Position numbers and translations under genes: made by a program
Origin: Chrysochromulina tobinii
Taxonomy: Eukaryota
Assembly: GCA_001275005.1 (NCBI GenBank)
Contig: JWZX01003201.1
Location: 1 to 42,442, forward strand
DNA length: 42,442 nt
Direction of reading: 5' to 3'
The notes under the pieces: model-generated
Seen by the model: the letters and a program-made list of their open reading frames with translations, nothing else
Database searches by the model: none
What the model was told of the DNA's origin: nothing
Shown here: piece by piece, positions 11,114 to 19,209 of the stretch
How positions within the stretch are numbered: position 1 is the stretch's first letter
Layout of the letters: each line of letters opens with the position of its first letter

Positions 11114-11841
11114 ATGCCGCGCCACAGCATACTTCGACGACGGCCAACCCCCGCCACGGCTGCACGGCGGCTGCACCTCTCCAGCGTGCTCGGTCGCCGC
11201 GCATTCAGGGCCTCAGCGCCAGTTCTGCACGGCGATTTCGAGATGCAAGACCCTGCTTCGCCGGAAGACATCGTGCGATTCGTCATCGTCGACCGCGACG
11301 CGCGGCGTCACGACGTGGCCGGTAAGGTGGGTGACAACCTGCTCTACTTGTGCCATCGACTGCGCGACGAGCATGCGGCCGGCGCGAAGCTGGCGCTCGA
11401 GGGTGCCTGCGAGGCCAGCCTTGCATGCTCGACCTGCCATGTGATAATCTCGTCGGAGCATTATGACTTGCTGGACGAGGCGATCGAGGAGGAGGAGGAC
11501 ATGCTCGATGAGGCGACGTGCCTCACGGCGACCAGCCGGCTCGGCTGCCAGATCATCCTCTCGAAGAAGCTCGACGGGATGGTCATCACATTGCCTGCGT
11601 ACAGCCGAAAGTGCGTGTGCCAACCACTGCGCCACCCCGACAAGCGCGCTGCAGGCCCGGCGCTTCCCCGGCTGCCGGCTACTGCTGCTGTGCCGCGCGC
11701 GTTTATGAGCGATCGGCCACGCCGTGCGACCCGCCTGGAAGTTCACATTGTGTGCCGCGCTCGACTCCCGTCGTGCCCGCCTGCCTGTCGAATCCGCCGA
11801 GCAGCTACTACGTGGACGGCCACGTGCCCGAGCCGCACTGA
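11114..11841 (+). CDS. Mitochondrial adrenodoxin-type [2Fe-2S] ferredoxin; exons 11114-11610 and 11805-11841
   Basis: EGACEASLACSTCHV...EEEDMLD...SRLGCQI and an Arg-rich presequence. Removing intron 11611(GTGCGT)..11804(GCAG) restores the conserved C-terminus SRNYYVDGHVPEPH. Confidence 0.93.
11611..11804 (+). other. Spliceosomal intron (194 nt) in the ferredoxin gene
   Basis: GT...AG boundaries; splicing restores the family-typical RN(F/Y)YVDGH.P.PH tail. Confidence 0.88.
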
Positions 11842-11900
11842 TTAGCCGGGGATCGAACAGTAGGATGTTTCATAGTGAGCATCTCTAAAGCCACCACCCA

Positions 11901-13103
11901 ATGGGACCTATGAACGTGAACACACCTCGGTGCTCGGAGATGAATTCCGAGAATGCAGGTCTTGAAATCAGACGCGCTCGTTTACAGGCCGAACACGCGC
12001 GCACGCAGGCAGCCTATTGGCAATGGCGAAACTCGGAGCTTCAGCTGCGTCATGCGCAGCAGGTCAAGGAGATACAGGACGCGGTCATGCGACTCTGCGC
12101 ATGTGAGTCGCCTGCTGACCAGGCGTGGGCTGAGCACCGCAATGCGCTTGCAGTGCTCTTCGCGCAGAGCAACACGTACTGTACATGGTCACTGGCGCTC
12201 TCGGCCCGGCCAGATGAGAAAATTATCTACCTTGCGTCCGATAGCACGCCGACCGTGACGCCACGCATGCTAGGGGTGACCGAGGGCTCGTCGCCAACTT
12301 TTCTGAAGGCCCTAGACCTCGGCGGCCGCGATCAGCGGGAGATCGCCTCATTATTGCACGAGAAGAACGACAAGGCCGCTGCGGAGAAATTTCTCGTCTC
12401 CAACAAAAAGGGTGACGCCAGCCGCGTGTACATCTTGACGGGTGGCCTTCTCGAGACGCGACAGCGCAGCGCCGCCCTGTTGCAGAAGGCGTTTCCCTCT
12501 TTTCAGCTCGTCGTCATCGCTCCGGAGACGGAGGGGCGGTACACCCTGCTCTCGGCCGAGACAGAACTTCATCGTCTCGCGCTGTCCTCGGGTGGCACCA
12601 TCACACACGTGCTACTGCTCGCCAAGGGCAGCACCGACATCCACATGGCTTGGCTCGCCGCGCACTCAGGCACTGCGACCGGCGCGGGCACAGCAGCGAC
12701 CGATGTGCACAAGGCCGAGAGGGCGGACCCCTCGAAAGCCAAAGATTGCTTTCACGCCTTCATGGCGACACCCGCCAATGCCAAGCTCGCCGCCGCCGCA
12801 GAGGCGGGCACCTGTGCGGTCGTTTTCGCGGGCGCCTCTGTGCATGCAATAGGCAAGCAATATGCAGCGCTGGGGCACTACTTTCGCCGACTTTCCAAAG
12901 CGGAGCTTGCGACGAGCGACGTGGGCACGGCTGACTTTGAGAGGCACGTGGGCCTCGAGTACCTCGGCGGCAAGCTGCAGGTCTTCCTCGGCGCGACAGT
13001 GCACAAGTCGCTGCCGAGCGAGCTGCGAAGCGGGACGATTCCCCCGATGGGGACTCGCCGACCACAGCTTGAAGCGGAGCTTCCGGCCGGGACAGCCATC
13101 TGA
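11901..13103 (+). CDS. Hypothetical protein (400 aa), no family recognised
   Basis: Long ATG-started ORF with plausible composition: N-terminal helical segment, then an alpha/beta-like region. Confidence 0.6.
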   Translation: MGPMNVNTPRCSEMNSENAGLEIRRARLQAEHARTQAAYWQWRNSELQLRHAQQVKEIQDAVMRLCACESPADQAWAEHRNALAVLFAQSNTYCTWSLALSARPDEKIIYLASDSTPTVTPRMLGVTEGSSPTFLKALDLGGRDQREIASLLHEKNDKAAAEKFLVSNKKGDASRVYILTGGLLETRQRSAALLQKAFPSFQLVVIAPETEGRYTLLSAETELHRLALSSGGTITHVLLLAKGSTDIHMAWLAAHSGTATGAGTAATDVHKAERADPSKAKDCFHAFMATPANAKLAAAAEAGTCAVVFAGASVHAIGKQYAALGHYFRRLSKAELATSDVGTADFERHVGLEYLGGKLQVFLGATVHKSLPSELRSGTIPPMGTRRPQLEAELPAGTAI

Positions 13104-13618
13104 ATACGATGGTGACCGAGGGTCGTCACTACCTTGAGAGCGTCGCCCCAGATCGATGTGGCGCCGATGTCACGTCTCAGACATGAGCCGCGGTTACATT
13201 GTCGCCGAAAATGTCGCGCGCCAGTGACAGTGTTTTACGCGAGTCGATCCGCGCAGCATCCAGCCCGCTAGCCACTCGGTCAGCTGTCCGGCGGGCGCGG
13301 CCCGGCGACCGTGGGCGGTGCCCGCGTGCGGGTGCCGTGCCGGCTTCCCTTTTCGAGGGGCGGCGGCGAGGGTCCGACTCCGAGGAGAGCCCGTCGGGTC
13401 GAGACACGAGAGCGGTCGCGGTTCGTGGAGCGAGTATCGAAAGACGAAACCGCGCGGGGTCCGGTCGCGTCGGGTCCCGCACGGTTCCGGTTGCGTCGAC
13501 GGTTGCGTGACGACCCAGGCACGGAAAAAGACTGGTACCGGTATGGCTTTCACTCGAGTCGAGTGTTATGAGTAATAGGAACTGAAATGCCAAACTCCGT
13601 GAGTGTACCGTGAGTGCC

Positions 13619-14566
13619 TCATCCGCTGCGGGGCCAGCCGTCCGGGCGCAGCACCGTCGTCCACACGAGCGGATGCGTCGTCGTTACGCGCACCTCGAGG
13701 CGCCCGTCCACGGCGTGCGGCACCATGTCGTTGCTCGAGGACACCACACCACCAAACTGGAGGGGACTGCCGCGCAGGTTCCAGCGCAGCCCGCTCGTCC
13801 AAACCGCGTCGCACCTGCCGCCAATGGGCAGCAACCCGCACGTGGGCCCCTCGAGCTGCGAGTTAGGCCGAATAACGTGCCTGCCAGGCAAGAGGAGCTC
13901 GGCGGTCATACGCTCGCCCATCAGGATCAGCCGATCGAACGGTCGGCAGAAGCGGTACAATGTATTTATGGAAGCCAGCTCGTGATCGAAACGGTCGCCA
14001 AACGCGCCAAACGCTACCACCGTCCAGCGCTTGGGCGGTGCGCCTTGGAGGCTGCTGGGTGAGCGTATGCTCGCCGCCTGCGCATCCTCGATGAGCTTGA
14101 GGGCTTTCTGAAAGTCCGTCGTAGACTGAGACGGGTCGTACGTGATGGCCGTACCGTGCTCTCGGTAGAAGTCAAGCACGTCCGGCCGGATGGAGTCGAA
14201 ATCGCCAATTACGGCGTCTGGCACCATCGACTCGTGCTGCTTGGCCACGCGCCGAAGTTCGAGCAACCGCTGGCGGAGCTGTGCCGGGGTACCACTGACC
14301 ACTGATTCATCGCCCATCGCGAGCTGAATGGAGTCGCGCAGCCTGTTTGCGGCTGCATCGGCACACACTCGGAATGCGGACAATGTCCAGAGCTGTCGTA
14401 GCGCTGTAGCAGGACGTGGTGGAGTATTGAGCAGTAGGAGCGCCATTTGCGGCGTGCTGGACACGTTCAGAGGCGTTGTGAGCCATGAATTAGAGTGCAC
14501 CTTCGTCGGACCAGACGGCGGCAGTGGCGTTCGGCGACGGATCGACCCACGCACAAGTCGGCGCAT
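13619..14566 (-). CDS. TPK1: Thiamine pyrophosphokinase
   Basis: ALLLLN, CADAAANRL, PDAVIGDFDSIR, QSTTDFQKAL, GDRFDHELASINTL, TCGLLPIG, TSGLRWNL and FGGVVSSSN. Confidence 0.93.
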   Translation of the reverse strand: MRRLVRGSIRRRTPLPPSGPTKVHSNSWLTTPLNVSSTPQMALLLLNTPPRPATALRQLWTLSAFRVCADAAANRLRDSIQLAMGDESVVSGTPAQLRQRLLELRRVAKQHESMVPDAVIGDFDSIRPDVLDFYREHGTAITYDPSQSTTDFQKALKLIEDAQAASIRSPSSLQGAPPKRWTVVAFGAFGDRFDHELASINTLYRFCRPFDRLILMGERMTAELLLPGRHVIRPNSQLEGPTCGLLPIGGRCDAVWTSGLRWNLRGSPLQFGGVVSSSNDMVPHAVDGRLEVRVTTTHPLVWTTVLRPDGWPRSG

Positions 14567-14767
14567 GGGCTTGCGTGAAGTACCGAACCGTGAACGATGC
14601 GTGAAAACCCGAGGGGCGTGACACCAACCAAGGACTTCGGGGAAAAGCGATCGGATTACAGATAATTTGCGTTGGCTCTTGTCTCCATACTCGCTTTCAG
14701 CCTAGTATACGTGTCTTCACACACAGGAATTGAGCGCCAAAAGACACAACACAACGCACGAATCAGT

Positions 14768-16111
14768 TCATGGCCCTAATTCAGACTGAACACTCCCATG
14801 GCTCCCATTCGTATCCCAGATCTCATCGAGGCCCTCCTCCTCCATCACTTCTTCGGCCTGCATGTCGTCAATGTGGCTGTGCGCATATGAGCCACCAGCC
14901 GCAGCACTGCTCTGCTGGGCGATGTGATCCGGCGCCGCTGACAATCCTGACGACGCGGTCGGGCCCGAAGCGGCTCCGCTGCCTTTGCCGCTACCGCCAT
15001 CGCCGCCCAGGCCTCCACCGTGCCCGCTTGCGGTTCGGGGACGCTGCTGCGCGGCGAGCAGGGGCGCGATGCTTCTCAAGTAGGTTTGCAGGTCGGTCGG
15101 CGCGGCGCTGTGCCGGGCGAAGAAGGGGAAACGCGTGAGATCACGAACGTCGGGGCGCTCGTTGGGAGCCTTTTGGAGGCATGCATGCACGAGCTGCAGC
15201 TCGTCGAGCGGCACGCGCTCCTGCACATCAGGGTATTCACTAGGCACGGGGCCCTCGACGATCGTCTTGACAAGCTCAAAGTAGCTCCTGCAGAGCGGGA
15301 AGGGGTAGGTGCCGAGCGCTGTCTCGAGCGCGATGAGGCCGACGGACCACACGTCGGAAGCGAACCCGTAGGGATCGCCGCGCAGGCGCTCGGGTGACAT
15401 GTACGCGACCGTGCCCACCTGCGTGCCCGCCTGCGCATACATGCCGGAGCCGAGCTGCTTGGCGATCCCAAAGTCAGAGAGCTTCACACAGCCAGCCGAG
15501 TCCAGGAGCACGTTGGCAGGCTTCAGGTCGCGATGCACAGCCTTCTGCTCATGGTGGAGATACGTGAGGCCCCGCAAGATTTGGAAGAGCACCGATGCGC
15601 TCACGCCCTCGGGCACCAGCTGCGCCGGCGTGCTCTTCGCCGCGTGTAGCAGCCCCTCGAGTGAGCCGCAGTCCATGTACTCGAGCGCAAGGTAGATGGA
15701 GCCATCGTGGAAGAAAGCGTCATAAAAGGAGATCAGGTGGTTGGATTGGGCGTTGGATACGATCTTGATCTCGTTGAGTATCATGCGCCGCGATTCCCGC
15801 GAGGCCTCTAACTCTGCTTGGAGCACCTTGACGGCGATTGCCTTCCCGGTGGGGCTGTGCACGGCTCTCGTACACACGCGACGTGGCGCCGCGGCCGATG
15901 CACGCCCAGTCTGAGAGCTGATCGAGGCGCAGCGAGGAGATCTCGCCCTGCGCATGCAGCGGCGACTGTGTGATACCATTCCGGCCGACGGTGAAGAGGT
16001 CGGCTGAGAAGCTCCCCGTATCGGAGAGCGAAAAAGAGCGGTTGAGGTTCCGGGCGTCGGCATCCATGGACAGGCTCAAGTCGGCCACATGGGGCTGCTT
16101 TTGATCGGCAT
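14768..16111 (-). CDS. MAP kinase kinase (STE7/MEK family), frameshifted as assembled
   Basis: IGRGATSRVY in one frame, then RAVHSPTGKAIAVKVL, HRDLKPANVL, DFG and VGTVAYMSPER in another. One extra base near 15869 breaks the frame. Start is at 16067, or at 16111 if the A4 run has lost a base. Confidence 0.88.
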
Positions 16112-16488
16112 CGCGCGACCAGCTGCGTACGGGTACACAAGACCTTGGATGGATGAATGGCAGCGATGAAGACGCGTTCTTTCATGTTCAGAACTTGTAC
16201 ATGTAACGGTTAAAAATTCAAGCTTTCGGACCCTGTCTGGGACCACCTATTTCACAATTCACAAGCAAGCAACCGCGCTTGTTTAGGTACTGGTGTTGTT
16301 TTGACTTATTAGCTTGCTTGCTTACAATTGTGACTATTCACAACGGAAGTTGCGTGGAAACTGGGGCCGGCGGAACGGTCCACCATGAATCATGATGATC
16401 GTCATCATGTGCAGCCAGCCAGCCACCAGTTCCACTCGAGGCCCAGTATGATCTGCAGCTGCTCGAGCTCGCAGTACCAGTAGCGCAT

Positions 16489-18894
16489 TCACTCGTACGT
16501 TACAGTGACTGAGGATTGACGCTTCGGCGGCACGGGCATGCCCATGACGAACTCATCGTCATCCTCTTTCACCTCGTCGACGATGATCACCGGTTGGGTC
16601 GCCGACAGCGACACCTGTCGTGACACCTCGGCTGGCCTCCGAGCTGACACCTGGATCATCCCAGTGGCCTTGGCTTCGAGTGCTGCCACCATGCTGGCGA
16701 CGTCGTCATGTTCCGCCGAGAGCTGCTCCACCTGGGCAGGCGTGAGGTTGAGGGCAGGCAAACCCTTGGCGTCGTTACCGAGGATGGCCTCTCGAACGCG
16801 CCTGACGAGCGACTCGTCGAGTCCTTCCGTGCCCAGCTGGAAGTAATGCTTGATCATCTCGACGACGTTCTGCCATCGCATGTAGCCGAGCAAGAGCCTC
16901 TGGTCGATGCGCCCCGGCCGAATCAAGGCAGGGTCGAGGATCTCAGGATGGTTGGTCGTCATCACCACGATGCGCTCCGGAGTGTCCACTACGCCATCAA
17001 GCACGTTCAGCAGCCCAGCGAGGTTGAGCGTATCCTTCTTGAGCGCGATTGAGCTCGAGGGCAGAATGCGCGCCCCCGCCCCGCCTGGGGGGGCGTCCCC
17101 TCCCGCTCGGTTCGAGGCTCCTCCTGTGTCCATCATCGACATCATCATCGCCTGCATCATCTGAATGTCCATCCCGTCCTTCTCGTCGTCTTCGTCGCCG
17201 CCTCGATCGCCCGTCGAGGCACCGCCGTCGATTGGCCAAGAGGCGGCCGCCTTGCCCAGCTTGGCCGATAGTGGCGCCTTGGGCTTGCCTGCGTCGGCTG
17301 GCGGCGCCACGCCAAGCAGTTCATCTTCGAGAGCCCGGTCCACTGCGCCGCCGGCCTTGAGCAGCCGTCGGAGGGCGCATGCATGCATCTTGACAAACTG
17401 GTCGATCGTCTCATGGCGCTCGCATCGCTGGCTCATCGCCTCATGCACCATCTGGGCAGTGGCCATCGCGCGCTCCGCTGGCGACTTCTTCTCAAGTTCG
17501 GCACGGTCCTTGTCATCCGAGGGGGGGGGCGGTTTGGGGACTCGCAGCTCCGCCGCGACCGCGCGCATGGTGTCGGGCGAGAGCGCTGCTGCCTTGAGCC
17601 GCTCCGACTTTTCGAGGAGCTCGTCGACCAGCTCTTGAACGTTGGGATCGTCTGAGCCGAGCAGCAGGTGCCATGGAGTCGCCTCGAGCACCCCGCCCAC
17701 CATCGACTTCTCGTCAGGATTGAGCGGCGCGTCGGCATGCAGCTCGATCTTGCCCCCTCCAAAGTTGGTCTTGCCGTCGCGGCGCTGTACGACCTTCGAG
17801 GCGGCGTCGACGTCCTCCATCACGAAGATGACATCCTTGAACCCAAGCTTGATCGGCACCTCGTCTCCCATCACCAGGTACTGCTGGTCAAACATAATGT
17901 CCATGAGCTCCTGGTTGGTCGAGATGCGGGCGAGCGGTACGTTGACGATGGATCGCCCCGTGTACTGCGCGAGGGCCTTGATCATCGAGGTCTTGCCGGT
18001 GCCTGGCGGGCCGTGCAGCAGCAGGCCCAGCTTGTGAGGATACCCCTGGACCGCGTACTTGCCAGTCTTGCCCGTGAAGTGTTTGAGCACTGCGAGCAGC
18101 TTCTCCTTGTCATCAAAGAAGAGCGAGCTGAACTGCTTTTCGTCCGAAAGCTTGTACCGTTTGAAGACGCGCGACGCGCTGCTGTCGTCGTCGCCGCCAG
18201 ACGACTTGCCGGGGTTGAGCTGCATCTCGTACAAGTAGCGCGAGTTGTCCTCTTGCTTCTTGAGCTCCGTGATGTACCACGCGTAGCACTCGTCGACGAA
18301 GGCGTCGATTGCGCCCTTCTGCCGCGAGCGCAGCTTGTACACGTTGATTATCGTCGTCTTCTCGGCCTTCTCGCCCTTGTCGTGCTCGCTCTCGGACACC
18401 ATCAGCTCCACCTTCCCGTGCACCTTGGGGCTCGTGATGGCCGTCCACCTATTCTTGGGCGGCTTCCGCGCGACCTTGAAGCGTTTCAGCTTGCCCGCAG
18501 GCGTGTTCTCGCCTTCATCATCGTCGTCTCCCCAACAGCTTTGGCGCGACTGCTGCATCGAGACGAGCGCCACACTGGCATTGCGGTACTCAATCTTCTG
18601 GTTGTCGAGGTAGAGCTGGATCGCTTTGATCAGCACGTTGTTGCGCAGGTCCTTGTCCATGTTCACCATGTTTCCCCAGCCGTTCTGTAGCACCTTGTGC
18701 TCGATTTCGCGCGTGTAGTACGATGACCAGAAGAAAAGAATCTGCCCCAATATCTCTCGGAGGGAAGTGGTATGGGCAGCATCCAAGACCAGCTTGAAAA
18801 TGAGTGGCACGGCCATGGCGATGAGCATGTCGACGATCGGGTTGCCCGTTCGGAGAGCGCCCATGATGCCCACAGCGGATGCTTGGACATCCAT
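16489..18894 (-). CDS. BCS1-like AAA+ ATPase with a large internal insertion
   Basis: LLLHGPPGTGKTS (Walker A), IFVMEDVD (Walker B), LAGLLNVLDG and MTTNHPEILDPALIRPGRID; hydrophobic N-terminal segment. Confidence 0.9.
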   Translation of the reverse strand: MDVQASAVGIMGALRTGNPIVDMLIAMAVPLIFKLVLDAAHTTSLREILGQILFFWSSYYTREIEHKVLQNGWGNMVNMDKDLRNNVLIKAIQLYLDNQKIEYRNASVALVSMQQSRQSCWGDDDDEGENTPAGKLKRFKVARKPPKNRWTAITSPKVHGKVELMVSESEHDKGEKAEKTTIINVYKLRSRQKGAIDAFVDECYAWYITELKKQEDNSRYLYEMQLNPGKSSGGDDDSSASRVFKRYKLSDEKQFSSLFFDDKEKLLAVLKHFTGKTGKYAVQGYPHKLGLLLHGPPGTGKTSMIKALAQYTGRSIVNVPLARISTNQELMDIMFDQQYLVMGDEVPIKLGFKDVIFVMEDVDAASKVVQRRDGKTNFGGGKIELHADAPLNPDEKSMVGGVLEATPWHLLLGSDDPNVQELVDELLEKSERLKAAALSPDTMRAVAAELRVPKPPPPSDDKDRAELEKKSPAERAMATAQMVHEAMSQRCERHETIDQFVKMHACALRRLLKAGGAVDRALEDELLGVAPPADAGKPKAPLSAKLGKAAASWPIDGGASTGDRGGDEDDEKDGMDIQMMQAMMMSMMDTGGASNRAGGDAPPGGAGARILPSSSIALKKDTLNLAGLLNVLDGVVDTPERIVVMTTNHPEILDPALIRPGRIDQRLLLGYMRWQNVVEMIKHYFQLGTEGLDESLVRRVREAILGNDAKGLPALNLTPAQVEQLSAEHDDVASMVAALEAKATGMIQVSARRPAEVSRQVSLSATQPVIIVDEVKEDDDEFVMGMPVPPKRQSSVTVTYE

Positions 18895-19209
18895 GCCGAG
18901 TCTGGCTGCCGATTCGCTTCTCGGCTGCGACTTTGAACTGCCCGGGACCGCCGTACCCCACTCCGCAAGACCCTGCAAACCGCGTGTTACACACGCGGGG
19001 CAAGCGTTGCGATGCGCGCTTGGATTTCGCATCTCGCCAGCTTGGATTTTGTACATCCCTCGAGGTCTCATGTTTCTCGAGGCCTCGACGTGGCACAGAG
19101 TTCATCGCCTTCGAGACCTGCCCCCCCGCTCCCATTTGCCCCTAATTTGCCCCCCGGTCTGCCCGCGCGGCCCGGAACGGTGTCTTATTTCGACCCTACG
19201 CCGTCGACT

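Noticed and set aside
11030..11845. 271-aa ferredoxin with a novel C-terminal extension
   Set aside because: The extension is intron read-through; splicing gives the standard C-terminus.
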